DNA from: Geosiphon pyriformis uo1 | Lineage: Eukaryota; Fungi; Glomeromycota | Direction: 5' to 3' | Length of the DNA: 64,000 nt | NCBI GenBank assembly: GCA_016748015.1 | Contig: JAAOMT010000009.1 | Location: 1,675,924-1,739,923, forward strand | Shown: positions 25,945 through 40,100 of the stretch, one piece after another | Layout of the letters: every line of letters starts with the position of its first letter | How positions within the stretch are numbered: the first letter of the stretch is position 1 | Notes under the pieces: model-generated | What the model was told of the DNA's origin: nothing | The model's database searches: none | Seen by the model: only the letters and a program-made list of their open reading frames with translations | Translations under genes and position numbers: made by a program

Positions 25945-28900
25945 TTCAGATCTATATTACCATCAATTACAAAAACACAATTATTCAGAGTACTATTCCA
26001 AAATAATCAAGAAAAAGTCAAATTATTAGGAACCTACAGTGATTTTTTTGAAGGATTTAAATTACAACTAACAATATCATTAAAACTTTAATTATTATCA
26101 CTTCAATCAAATTTCGAATCTACCAGTTATTAGAAAAATACTGATTCAGAAGAAAAAAAAGACAACAATCAAAAAAATAATAATCAAACCCTGATTCTAA
26201 ATAATCTGAAAGTTCAAACTCTGATTGTTTAAACCCAATCAAATCCAATCAATTCAAACCCTGCTCTTATTCTTCCAGAAAACTTACTTTCAGTTATTCT
26301 GATTAATTTACTATCAGTAATACCAATTGCCACCTAATAGCAATTACAACAACAATTACTACTTATACCAATAGTCTATACATTATTACAGATGATTATT
26401 TGGAGTGTTGAAACAAATAACAAACCCATAACTTGGTGCTCAATAGCTTGAAATGGTGGGTAATATCTAAAGGTTTTGTATCTAAAGGTTTTGGTTAAAT
26501 TCTTTGTATAATGAACAAAAATTTACTGGTTGTTTTTAGTAGTCTCTCAGAATCGCAATTCTATCAAATTTTTTTCTCAGTGTGATGGCTGATAATCTTT
26601 CTGGTAAGCTATTCTCAATTTTATGAGTGTTTTACCCTTGTTTTATGGGTCTTTTACCAGTTCCTATAATGTCTGTAACTTAGTGCTTAGTCTTTGATCA
26701 ATTAGTAAACAACATAGAAACAACAAAAGAAAAAAAATTAAAAAATTAAAAAAATTAAGCCAAGATAAAAACAATTAGTATTCCATCAATAGCCATGATC
26801 AAGAGCTATTGTTTTAGTATGGTTAAGTATTGGCAACTATCAACATAAAATGTTGATAGTTGAAGTTTTGATGAATAGTTTTCAATCAAATAATAACAAC
26901 ATAAATTGAATAGAGATAAGTATTTTATTAATATTTTGATGATTTTACTTTAATGAATATGAACTATCTTTGAAGTGATTAGTAAATAAATAGAAAAAGA
27001 AGTCCAAACTAAGAAGTCTGTCTTTTTTGTTTTTAATATTACTGCTATATATACATATTTAAGATTCCTCAATTTCTCAATTCTTTACACCAGGAATTCT
27101 AAAATTTCTGAAATTCTGCAATTTCTTGAGAGAAATCCTGGAATTCTGGAATTCTGCAATTCTTTGTATAAGAATTCTGTAATTTCTGGAATCTCGTAAT
27201 TTCTCTAAGAAAAATTCTGAAATTCTTTTTTTACTACATCTATTTTTGATTGGCTAATATATATACTACTATGATTCTTATATTCTATGAATAATAACAC
27301 CAATTGTAAAACTTGAAAAATTTACTGATAAAAAGAACAATGTTCAAGCATGACTAAATAATATAACAAAAGCCATTGCAGCCAACAAATAAGATGATGC
27401 CAGAGTACTTCAAGTCATTTTATACTTTCTTTAGAATATTACTAACTTGTAGTATTAAAGCTTAGTCAAAAAGCCATAAATCTTTAACATGTTTAAAACT
27501 GTGTTTCCACAATATTTCAGTGATCACAACAGCATTAATTAGTTATTAACTAGTTTTATCACTATTAAACAAAATAATACTAAAACAGTTACCATGTATC
27601 TGAAATATTTCCATTAAAATCTGCATCAAATTTAGGCAATTGAAGCTAATTACTTTATAGCATCACAGATTTTGAATCAATTCATCTATAAATTACACAA
27701 TAGCTTGTTATAACAAGTATACTTAATACACCTAAATACTTTTCAAGATATAGTCACACATGCCAGAGATTTTGAATCAGCTAAACTTAAAGCCAACCAT
27801 GTCCAAGCTGTAAATCTAGTGATAAATAAATTATCTAAATTGGATTCTAAGCTAAAACAATTTAGTAACTCTATTAATCAGAAATTAGAAAAATACTTAA
27901 CTAATAATTAAGCAATTTATTAATCTTTTTAATGTTATAACAACCAAGAAAATTTTAATTGCTTTTGACAACAATCACATCTATTATTATTAGCCAATTT
28001 ATTATGACAACAAAAAACATGTAATTGCTATTATTGCGATAAACAAAACTATCTAAAAGCAAATTGCCACTCCAAATTTAATAACTCACAAACAAAAAAC
28101 CAATATAGAAACCTTAATCACAAATTTCACATTCAAAACTATGCTAATAATTTGTTATTGAAACAATACTAACTACATTACATACCAATAACATAATAAT
28201 TAATATATTTACCTCCCATTTATTAAACTTTAATACCAATAATATATTAATTGCAGCCAAAAGTAATTTATTAATCTTAACAAATTCAAACACTGCTTCA
28301 ATATATTGTGCCAATATTAAACAGAATCCAAAAACTGAAAATTATTCACATCCAACAAAATTGGAGATTGACAATAGTTATGTACCAATTAATTTCCAGT
28401 TCATTAAACTAGTCATCAAAATCACATCCAAAAAATTCAGAAAATAAGTATATTTAAAACTCGAATTTTTAGAACTATTTAAGTTTACTAGTAACTTCAA
28501 AAATTACAACACACAAATCACTAAAAACTAGCCCAATACTACTTACCAACAACATTTCATTAGCAATCATCACAAAAAACAAATTACTAGCTGCTATCTT
28601 CTTATTTAAGTTGAAAAACCAATCAAAAATCTTATTATTTAATAGAACCACTCTTAATATTAAACTGATTATTATTATGTATACTAATATCAAAGTTGAT
28701 AGCCACCTTATTAAATTAATTTTTAATAATGATTTAGCAAACAGCATTATTACACAACAATTTATAAACCAATTAGGTTACTAAGTTAATTGTGTTATCA
28801 GTGCTAAAATTATTATAGCCAATGAAACAACCAAAACTTTAATTGGTAAAATTGATGATTTTTTTTTTGAAGTCAATAGTATTATTACATTCATCAAAGT

Positions 28901-30145
28901 TCTTATCATAGAAGCCACACAATACCAAGCTTTTGTTAATAATAATTGGTTGTCCAAGACCAATATTGTTTTTGACTAGACTACCCAAAAGCTTTAATTT
29001 AATCAAAATAGTTAACATATTCAGATACCAGTTATCTGCAGTTACTTTAAAGCAATCTAATCATAGCCACTAATAAAAGTTAAAAAAAAAAACCTATCTA
29101 AAAGACCTATTAAGTCTTGTAAGCTAAAGATGATTACAACAAGCTATTACTAATACTTTCTTGAAATAACAAGAAAAAAGGAAAAAAAAAGACAAACTGC
29201 AAGCTATCACTTTTACAAAAAAAACAAATAATAGTTAACATATTTTATACTTATTAGAACCAAGAAAAAAACCATTCTATATTTTACTCAAATGCAAAGA
29301 CTGCAAAAAAAGCTTTTCTTTATAAAAGTTTGGATATTGTCTAAAAAAGACTACTATATATATATCTGCTATTATTGCAAAGCATATCACAAAAAATGCT
29401 TTGGTTACCCAAAATAACAAAAAAAATGGGACAATAAACTATGTTTTATTTGTAAAAAAACACTACTTGACAAAAAAATATAGAATAACATTCTTAAGTG
29501 AGAAGAAATATGTAATGCATTATGTTAATACATAATCTTTATTAGCAACTGGATAAGTAAAAAAATGTTTTTTAATACCACATAAAACAGAGCTTTCTTG
29601 TATTTGAATAATTATTTACATAACAAAAATAAAATTTGAAAAATGATAAGTGCTAAAGTCAAAGCACTTTATCCAGCAAAATATTGGTGATCAAAAATAA
29701 CCCACCAAAATTTATTGAAACTGTTCTTATTTCCAATTCAGATACATTTATTAATATCTTGAATAATTCAAAACAATTCCACAAATACTACCAAGATCTA
29801 GCATCTACTTAAGAAGAGCAAGAATAGTATTTAAAACAACTAAATACTAAACTTTATAAACATTACCTAATTTTCAGTAACTTTAAATATTGTGATAATT
29901 GTAATCTTATTTACAATCTACTATCATGTATAATCTATTTAATTTCTGAAAAGAAAGAACCAATCAGCAACTGCACTTTGGAATCAGAATCAAAATTAAA
30001 ATTTAATTCTAATTCAGACTCTAATAATGACAACAACAACAGTTCCAACTCTATCTACAATAACAATAACAATAATAACAATTCAAATTCTAATAAAAAC
30101 TTCAAACAATATATTGCACTTTCAGATCTTTTCAAAAAGCTAAGA
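24750..30145 (+). mobile_element. Truncated Gypsy element, family B: partial 5' LTR, PBS, gag, protease, Cys-rich spacer; no RT seen
   Basis: LTR end CTGTAACA followed by a PBS-like TTT(G>A)GTGCT. gag PI.KLEKFT..., ARDFESA.L.ANH and a decayed CCHC at about 28025-28070. Protease-like IKLIL..D/G.ANSIIT at about 28710-28760. Confidence 0.8.
26384..27296 (-). mobile_element. Solo LTR, family B, inserted antisense in family-B gag
   Basis: Reverse complement of 3565-4458. Flanks ACAT/ACAC. The gag frame resumes across it. Confidence 0.85.
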
Positions 30146-30149
30146 AATT

Positions 30150-30470
30150 TAGAAGATTTTAATAAAACTTAATATTAAAAAAAGAAAATAATGTTACTTA
30201 TAGAAATTAAGAATTATAATAAGTAAATAAAATAACCAATCAGAAATAGGCATAGTAAAAAGAAAAATCTTAGGATTTTTTTTGAGAAATTACAAGATTC
30301 TAGAATTCCAGAATTTCAGAATTTCTTTCAAAAAAATTGAAAAATTTCAAGTAATCTTGTATAACATGAATTATGTATATATAGCAAGAATTTTAGAAGC
30401 AGAAAAAGCATTCAATAGAGTTTAAAACAACAATAGTATTGGTGTTTTTAACTTTTTTTTTATAATATAC
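30150..30470 (+). repeat. 5' fragment of a family-B-like LTR
   Basis: gaaattacaagattc..gaattccagaatt and aattatgtatatatagcaag match 3690-3810. Confidence 0.6.
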
Positions 30471-30479
30471 TTTATATAA

Positions 30480-32906
30480 AAATTGCTGCAGATAAGTATT
30501 TAATTTTGTATATTTTTTTTAATTGAGATTTCCTAAGTAATCAAATAAGTTCTTTGTAATTAGTATATAAATCAAATGGTTAACAAAGATAATGTTTTCA
30601 GTTTTGTATAATCTAGTAAATAATGAGACATTTTAAATCAATAGTATTATATATTTTCTCAATAATATTGGTGTTGTAACTGATATAAATAATTAAATAT
30701 ACTTAATTATTAGGTTCAATTTATAATAAAACAGCTTTTAGTGTATTTTTTAAGATGTTTATAGTTATAATAAAGTGTTTATTAAAGTTTAAGTAAATCA
30801 AAATTGGTGTTTTTATCAGTTGTTATTTGAAATAATTAAAAAATTTTTATTGGCTGGTTTTTTATATATATGAAATATGTTTTGACAATAAGTAATAGAA
30901 AATTTTGACAATATTTAAAAAGTTTTTGACAAATTAACAATAATATTTGGCCAGTTTTAAAAAATTTTTTAATTCTCAAAAGTTGATTAAAACAGAGAAA
31001 TTCTTAACTTTTTAAACTTTGTTAGAATTTGGTTTCATTTTATTTTTGCTAATTATATGTTCCAGAAATTTCAGTTTGGTTTTTCCGAAAAAACATGTAT
31101 CAAAATTAAATTTTAGTCCTAAATTTTAGAAATAATTAAAGACTTGTTGAAAATAAAGCAGATAGTTATTAAGAATTTCAGAAAATATATTGGTATTATC
31201 TAAGTATATTACAATTAATTTTCAAAAAAAATTTTTGTATACAACATTCTTCAAATGTTAAAAAACAACTGAAATATTACAAAGTCTAAAAAACATTACA
31301 TTGAATTCGAAATTTTTATCTTAGATAATAAAAACCATTTTTTTTGTTTATAAAATTCATTTCGACTTGTTAATATTTACTGATTAAATTTAAGAATAAA
31401 AACCATTTCTTATTTTCTAAATTATTAAAAATTTTTGAATAAGAAGAGTTAAATAACTATTTTTTTAAAGAATACTGTTAGGTTTTCAATAGTTTATGCA
31501 AAAATAGATTTTCTTATTTTTTTTGATAACCAACATAACTGGTAAAAACCAAAAGCTTAACAATTTTTTAATTAATTTATTATCTAATATCTATTATACT
31601 TCTTGTTTAATTAAGTTGTTACTATCTAGAGTCATTCAATAGGTTTATTGTTTAATAGATCTTATATTTTTAGTGTCAATTTTATGTTTTACAATATCAG
31701 TATGTTTAAATTTGTTTTTATTGACAAAGATATTAGCATATTAGTTTAAAAAAACTTTGAGTTATATTTGTTATAGAGTATTTAAATTTTTCAAATTTAA
31801 ATTATCAATTTTTTTTATAATAAATAAATAGCTTTTTTTTAGCAGATTCTATATTTAATTTTCTCTTATTTTTTCTTGGTCTGCTATTTTTTCAGATGAT
31901 TGATTTTGGTGCTTGTTTTTTGTTGAATTATACTTTACAAAAAGTACCAAATATTACAAGTAATTATTTGGAATATTAGAATAAATAACAAATTTATAAC
32001 TTGGTATTCAATGATTAATAATGCTGTGAATGCTTTTTAAAAATTTTTGGATCTAAAAGTTTTGGTTGAGTTTTTTGTATAATAGACAAAAATTTACTTG
32101 GTAGTTGTTTTTCCAAATTTTTTCATTAGTATTAAGACCAATTTAATCTGGCAGTTATGTTCTTCTGGTAAGCTATTTTTAAGTTTTTATTCTTGTTTTA
32201 TGGGTCTTTTACCAGGCTATTTTTAATGTCAATATTTTAATACTTAATCTTTTAATCAATTAGTACACAACACAAAACAAAAAATATATAAAAAATATAT
32301 ATAAAAAATAAAAAATTAGTATTTTGTTAATAGCTATAATTAAAAGCTATTGGTTTAGTATAGTTATATAGTAAATGTTATCAACATAAGTTGCTGATAG
32401 AAATAAAAAAATAACAATTTTAATTCAATAAAAAAAATAACATAAATTAGATAATTAAATAATAATTTTTATTTAATATTAAAATAATTCTATCTTAAGA
32501 TATAGAAAAATATCTTTTAAAGAAAAAAGTATATTATAAATATTTATTGTTAACTAACTAAAAACTTGTCTGTATTTGTGAATACTTTTTTTATTTTTAA
32601 TACTACTGTTATATATATATAATTTTTATTATATAAGATCTTATATATTTCTATATTTTTCTATATTACTTTTTTGAACTGTGTTTATTTCTAAACAATA
32701 TCTTATAATTTCTTAAAAATGTGCTCATTTTTTGTAAATGTGCTTATTTCTGAAAATGTGTATAATTTTTTAAAAATGTGTTTATTTTTTGTGAATATAC
32801 ATATTCCTAAAAATATGTATATATGTTAAGTACTATTTTTCTATTGATCTATTTTTATGATTTGTTTTTTTTATTTTTTTTTTGTATTCTTTTTCTATAA
32901 GTAATA
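30480..32906 (-). mobile_element. Decayed family-B-related LTR (31952-32906), PBS and gag/protease remnant
   Basis: On the minus strand the LTR end is followed by TTTGGTACTTTTTGTAAAGTATAATTCAAC, as at 23779 and 25251. The LTR has its own short tandem motifs (about 32680-32820). Confidence 0.7.
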
Positions 32907-33429
32907 CTGGATTGGTTAAATCTATTTTTAAGTTGATTGGTTTTTTGGTTGCTGTGATTGAATAATTGGTTAATAAAATTTTAGTATATATAAGTACTTT
33001 TAGCAAAGCAGTTGATAAGTTAGAGTAAAAAATAGTTGCTTTAAAAATTAAGTATAGTTATGAAGATATTAATATATTTGGCTTTTATATAAATTTGTTT
33101 GTAATTAATGATAATATGTTTTTTAACTTAATATTACTATAAAAATATAAGTCTATTAATGTTAAAACTAATATTTAAGATTTCAATGTTTGGTTCAATT
33201 TGGTTCAAGTTCAATTAAACTACTGAACCAAATTAAATTCAAACAAAAAATTTGGCAAAATTTTGAACTTAAACTTGAACCAAACTTAAAATTATTGAAC
33301 TTAAACTGAATCTGAACATATATAACAAGTCTGGTTTAAGTTTAGTTTAAAGTTCATAAACATGTTTAAGTTCAATTATTAAAAATATTATATTATACTA
33401 TATTATTATTTAATTTTTTTTTCAATAGT

Positions 33430-34900
33430 CTCTGTATTTATGATTAAAGACACTATACTGTTTTTATAGTTTAGACACTAAATAAAATCTCATATCTGTA
33501 ATCATATTTTTATCTGCAGAAAAGCATATTCAAAAGCAACAAATAATCCTTGAATTGTCAAATAATTATAAGCCATATATGCAAAATGAAAAAATTGTGT
33601 TTAATGTACCTAAATATCAAATTATTAATAAAATGTTAATTTAAATAAATATTTTTTGTAATATACCTTTTTTTATGTTATTATATTTATTTTTTTATTG
33701 GCCACTTTTTTAAAGATATAATGATCAATTTTGTCAAGTTTTTATTATTATTATTGTTAAAGTTTGCCTTTAATATGAATTGTATAACTAATATTATAGT
33801 ATTATTAAAATTGCCATTTAACAAAAAACTGTTATTTGATATTGGTATAATGTTCAGTATGTACTCTATTTTAAAGAAAATATGTATTTTAAAAATTTAT
33901 TTATTGTGTAAAAATTGAAAAATAAAACTATTTGAATAAATTAATAACTTACAATTCTTTTATTTTATTAATATTATTATTCAAAAATTTTCTTTTTGTG
34001 AAATAATAAAATTTTTTCTTAGATCTAATACAGTATAGAACATTACAGTTGTATTTGTTTTAGAGTAATATTTAACCAACTTTTTTCTTGCTGTTCTAGT
34101 TACTGTGATAAATAATAAATCTAATATTAAATATGTTAAATAAATAACTAAATAAATATAATTAAGATTATAATGTTTTACCAAATTTATTATTATTAAT
34201 TATGTCTTTAACGTGATTAAAAATGATATTAAAAAAATAAATAATTGAGAAGACAGTATTATTTAAACTGGTTGACATTTTAACCATAATATTCTTAAAT
34301 AGTTTAAGAAATTTAGCAATTTTATCAAAGACAGTCCACTAATCATATAAAATGGCATATTAATAAAGATTAATATAAATGCTAATAAGAGTGTTTAATG
34401 TTTATAAATTTACAGTTAGAATTATTGTATTCAAAATATATAAAATTAGAAATAAATAACTTGCCAATTTAAAAAATAATCTATTCTTAATCATGTTATA
34501 AGTAGAATTTTATTGGGTAGAACAATCCAAAATAAGTTTATGGTATTTAATTTAACATATATTACAAACACATTCAAAAAACTCAAAATGTTGATATAAA
34601 GTATGGATTACAAAGTCAAGTTTCCTAATTATTAATTTATACAAAGTTTATATTAAAAAAATTTTAGATAAATATATTTGGTTTGGGTTTTTAATAAATA
34701 TCTTGAAAACATTATTTTTTATTTTATCTAAGACTATTTGTACTGCCAAGTTTAAAATATAATAAAAACATTGAAATCAAAGGTCTTCTAAATTTCATTA
34801 AATGTTTTTTTCTTCTAATTTTTTTGTTAATTCTTTTACAAAAATATTATTATTTGTGGCATTATCAAAAATAATAGCAAGAAGCTGTTAAAAAAAATTA
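33430..34900 (-). pseudogene. hAT transposase remnant
   Basis: LAIIFDNATNN, YILNLAVQ, LILDCSTQ*NSTYNM and dimerisation-domain-like AYMAYNYLTIQG..VAFEYAFSA..MITD. Confidence 0.85.
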
Positions 34901-34970
34901 AGTTATAACTAATAAAATTAATGATAAACTTGTAAAAAAAAAGATAAGTATAACTTTTTTTTAAACTTTT

Positions 34971-35198
34971 TGGCTGAAAATTTGGCTTAAGACAATAATA
35001 AAAACCACTTAAGTTAACATTAAAAAAATGCAGTTTTTGATAATATAAGCACTGTAATAACTCTAAGCTTTAAATAATATTAATGCCAAAAATTCAGCTC
35101 TAAAACAATAATAAAAACCAACTTAAGTCAACATTAAAAAAACGTAATTTTCAATAATATGAATACTATAATAACTCTAAGTTTCAGATAATATTAAT
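34971..35198. repeat. Two diverged tandem copies of a unit of about 114 bp
   Basis: acaataataaaaacca..cttaagt.aacattaaaaaaa...ataactctaag occurs twice. Confidence 0.75.
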
Positions 35199-35763
35199 AT
35201 GCTGTATAGTATGCCAATCTCATTATTGGTTATTAACTAATCTAAATTTATGCAAAAATATATATACATATTTTTAATATAATTCTATAATCTTTTAATA
35301 CTTTAAAAAATCCAGTTATAATGTTTATTCTATTATGTTATCTACTTATTAATCCAAAATCAATTATTGTTTGTTGAAGATTCCAATTGTTATTAATATA
35401 ATAAACAGTAATAAAAACAAAGACTTTGTTATTGAAAAATATCTAGAAATTTAATATAAAAAAAATTTTGGACTTAATAGTATCTAAATATGCCTATTAT
35501 ATTATAAGTATAAGTAAAAAAAAAGTGATATTTTATAATAAAGATAATACTTATTCTTAATTTTTGTCTATCCAAAACATAAAGTTCTATAACTCTATTC
35601 TTAATTGGATCAACACAAACAGATTGAGAAATGGTGTTTGAATATTAGAATATTTTAATTAATTTAAAGTTTTTACTATAAAAAATAGTTATTAGCAGTT
35701 AATAAACCAAATAGTAATTATATTACAAAGTTTTTTATTATTAATGTTAATAGCAGTTACTAC

Positions 35764-36503
35764 TGTTATGAATTGGAGTAACAAGCTAATAAATAGCAAA
35801 AAAGAACAGAATTGTAGGGTAATAGAAATAATCAAAGGGAATTCAACTTCAAAGAGCGAATTGAATAAGTATGGATTCAATATGTGAGATCAGTCTTATA
35901 AAATATCTCAATTGCTGTACTTTTCTAAAGATAATTAGAGAATTTGAAGGTAAAAAGATAGTCCATACTGTCAACAAATGATCATGCCTAGTATAATTTT
36001 ATGTCTTATGTTAGCACTCTTAGAATTCAATATCAGGTATCAGATATACTCTTTAGTTACATTTTATTCAATAGTTTTTAAATGCTGCAATTACATATTT
36101 CAGAAAAAAGGTAAAAAATAACCAACAAGTAATCTTTTATTCCAAGATGTTCAGATACTTGAAGATAGGGAAAGAAAAATTAGCAATAAGAAAATAATTG
36201 AGATGAAAATTGTTATTTTATTTATTTTATTTTCTTGATTTTTTTTATGCTTTTTTACAGCTAAGAGATTCATCACTTATATAGCTATCAAAAGTGATCA
36301 ATGATTAGGTCAACAATTAGGTCAATGATCAGGTTAATGATTAGGTCATTGATCAAGTCAATGATCAGGTTAATAATCAGGTCAACAGTCAGGTCATTGA
36401 TCAGGTCAATGATTACTTTCTAAAAATAGAATGGCTAATTTATATGACATCAGTGGCTAATACATGTAATAATTAATAAGAAGTATAAGTTTCAACCATA
36501 ATA
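35764..36503 (-). repeat. 3' LTR of A2
   Basis: Aligns with 42779-43518; contains a 12-bp tandem motif array. Confidence 0.93.
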
Positions 36504-37130
36504 TTATCCTCTCTAAAAAGATTAAGCTCCAGCAAAATCAAGTTATTTATGATATAATCTATTTGAAGGGTTTTATCTAACTCAAAGCTAACTAGTTTGT
36601 TGAAGTCTTTTGTGGATAGAGTATATAACACTTGAGGCGAAATGAGTTTTGTATCCAAGAAACCAAATCTTTGTATTAGAGTTTTGGCTCTTCTAACAAT
36701 AGTTAAAACTTTTGGGACATCTAACCATATAATGCCCAAAATTTCTGCCTGTATCTCTGAAGTTGTTTTCTTCATGAGTTTCATATTCTCTATGATTTCA
36801 CTAAAATAACCATAGAGTTCTAATTGTTTTTTATATGACAAGTTTTTGTCTATGAGTAAGATTTCTTGGAGTGTTTTTTCAATTGTGTTGAAAGGTAAAA
36901 ATATAGCTGCTATTATACTTTCTAACAGATATTTATCTATTTTACTACCAATTTTTTCTCTTCTGGTAGTAGTTTTCTTTGGTTTAATAATAGTATGTGT
37001 TCTATTGTTATCAGTTATGGTGGTTTGTTTTCCAATAGTCAGTATAACATTTGGATAGTTTTTGATTCAATACTTATAGAGAGTATAGAAGGCATTTTGA
37101 ATGTTTTGATCTAGAAAATAATTGTTCATG
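36504..37130 (-). pseudogene. Extra sense ORF3 of family A, unknown function
   Basis: ORF 36473-36841 plus the upstream KIDKYLLESIIAAIFLP segment; conserved in A1. Confidence 0.7.
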
Positions 37131-37189
37131 TTAATTAAAGATACCTCTGTTTTGGGAATAGTATATTTATTTATACTTGATTTTTGCTA

Positions 37190-40100
37190 ATCATTTAAGT
37201 CGGTATTACCACAATAGGCAACCAATTAGGTTGTTTATAATATTTCTTAAGTCATGTATCATGAACAGGATGATCATTAAAAATTGTTTCAGATTGATCT
37301 TGAAAAATATAAGAACTATTGTTCAAAACTTTGTTGACTATAAAGAGTCTTTTCTACCAGCTAGAGAATTTATCACCATAAACATTGTCTCTGTCTAAAT
37401 GGTATTCCAATACCAAGTTATTAACACTTAAAAAAAGTGTTTTATAGGTTTTTTTTCTTTTAAGCTTTTCTTGAAACTGTTTTATCTTTTCAAAAGCAAT
37501 TATTTATGCTTCTACTAAGAAGTCAAGAATAGTACCCAGTCTTTTTTGCAAAATGTTTTTGTAATTTCTTATTGTGATTTCTTCAAAGAGTATTGTTTCA
37601 ATGTTAGTTTTTATTGGTAATGTTGCTATGCATCTATAGAACAGATAGAAAGATTTATAACTTGTTATGTCATGATTCACAGTTTTATAAGCAAACAAAG
37701 CTAAAGGCAGTACTTTGTTCTATAAGTTTGTTTCTTCATTGGTTTTGGCTAGAGTTTCACATAATGTTTTATTAAAATATTTCACTAGGCCATTTGTTTA
37801 GGGGTGGTAAGGAAAGGAAAGTTTTCCATTTTCCTGCAAAGTTCTTCAACTAGTATACTAAAAAAAGCTTTTTCTCTATCAGATAAAAGTTCTTTAGGGC
37901 AGCCATGACAGCAAATAATATCTTTATAAATGAAATTGGCTATTGAGACTACTGTTTGGTCTGAGGTGGCTCTTGTTTCTACCCACTTTGTAAGATAGTC
38001 GGTAGCTGTAATAATATATCTGTTGCCATCAGAAGTGATTGTTAAAAGTCCAACAATATCTATACCAATTCTGTTAAATAGTTGACCAACAGAAATTGGA
38101 TGGATGTTTTCTTTGCAATTGGGTTTGTCTCTTTTTTGGCAGATGTCACAGATTTTGATGTATTTAGCAATATTCTTTCCCAAGGTAGGCCAATAATAGT
38201 GAGCTAAAGTTTTTTGAATTGTCTTTGTTTTTCCAAAGTGTCCAGCTAATGGGTCAGTGTGCATGTTGTATATTACAATTTCTCTTTTTTCAAATCTAAT
38301 AACTCTTTGAAGACAGTCAGAATCTTTTCTGTTTCTTTTATATAATTGGTTTTGGTGGATCAAATAGAAATTTGATTGTTTGCACAAATGTTCTCTTTGC
38401 TGTCAAGTGTATTCTGGTGGGTATTGTTCTTTATCCAAAAATTCTATTAAGGCAGAGTAGTTGTCCAAGTCCATTATTGTGTTTGTTTGTAAAAAAGTTA
38501 CTAATAATTAGGTTGGTTTGGTTTGAGAGGTTGTACTGTTATTAGATGATAAGTTTAGAAAAAGCATCAGCATTTTGATAATTTGCTCCTTTGTGGTGTT
38601 GAATATCATAGTCAAATTCATCCAAGTGGAGTATTCAGCAAGTGTTCCAGCTTTTTTTTATTGCACAGCCAAACCAAGACTTGATGATCTGTTACCACTA
38701 AAAATTTTGCACCAAGAAGATATTGATTCCAGTAGTTAGTAGTCTAAACTACTGCTAGACATTCTTGTTCAGTAACTGAATAGTTCTTTTTTGCTGATAT
38801 GAGAGATCTACTGGCATATGCTATGGCATGTTTTCTGCCATTTTCATCTTTTTATGAAAGAACAGCACCAAGTCCATAGCCAGATGTATCAGTGTAAAGG
38901 ATAAAAGGTTGGTCCAGATCAGATTGTTTGAGAATTGGTTCAGTAACAAGTTTTTCCTTCAGAATTTCAAAAGCTTTTTGTTGATAAGTGCCCCAGTAAT
39001 AATTGACATTTTTCCTGAGTAGCTGATTGAAAGGAAAGGCAATTTTGGAGAAATCCTTGATAAATTTGTGATAATAAGAGGCCAAACCAAAAAAAGAGCA
39101 TAGTTCAGAAACATTCATTGGTTGTCTAATGTTCTGAACTTTTTCAACTTTAGTTGAGTTAGAAAAGATTCCATCTTTTATAATAAGATGACCAAGGAAC
39201 TGAGTAGATTGGCATCCAAAAAAAGATTTAATTAGGTTGATTTTAAGACCAGCATTTCTGAGCAGATCAAAAACCTTCTGTAAATGTTCAAGGTGTTCAT
39301 TCCAGGTTTTTGAATATATCATTATGTCATCCAAGTAAACTAGAACAAAGTTTTCTTTTACTGATTTAAACACTTTATCTATTAGACGTTGAAAGATGAG
39401 AGAAACATTGGTGAGACCAAAAGGCATGACTGTAAATTCATAGGTGCCATACTTAATGATGAAAGCAGTTTTCTTTCTGCTTTTTGAATCCATCTTTACT
39501 TGCCAGAATCCAGCAGTTAAATCAATGGTTGAGAAGAAAGCAGCACTATTGAATTTATTTAGCATTGCATTAATTTTGGAAAGTAGGTACATATCTCTTA
39601 TAGTGATGGTATTTAGTTGGCAGTAATCAACACAGAAGCATAGGGTTCCATCTTTTTTGGATACCACTACAATTGAAAAAGCCCATTTACTCTTGGTTTC
39701 TTGTATGAATCCAAAATTTTTCATTTGGTTTATCTCTTTCTTGATAAACTCATCATTGTGTTGATTGGATTAATAAGACTTCAAATAGATGGGATGAGTT
39801 TTTTTTGTGGTAATGGTGTGTTGTATCACATGAGTTTATCTAGGGATATCACTTTCTTTTGAGATAACTGGGCTATTCTTAGCCAACAAATTTTCAATGT
39901 TCATTTTTTTTTCTTCAAAGGAAGGTTCTTTTTGTTTTACAACTAGTGATTGGATTTTAGGTGGTTCACTCTCAAAAGACTTCTGTACTTCTTTTAGTTC
40001 TTCTCTGGGTATCAAGCTAATTGGTTCCCAATCTTTGTAATAAATCAGGCAGGATTTGCATTCATCACTTAGTGAATACAAAGGTTTATTACACCAGCAT

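Noticed and set aside
29978-30172. Asn/Ser-rich protein
   Set aside because: Low-complexity linker of decayed family B pol; G>A changes turn Asp codons into Asn.
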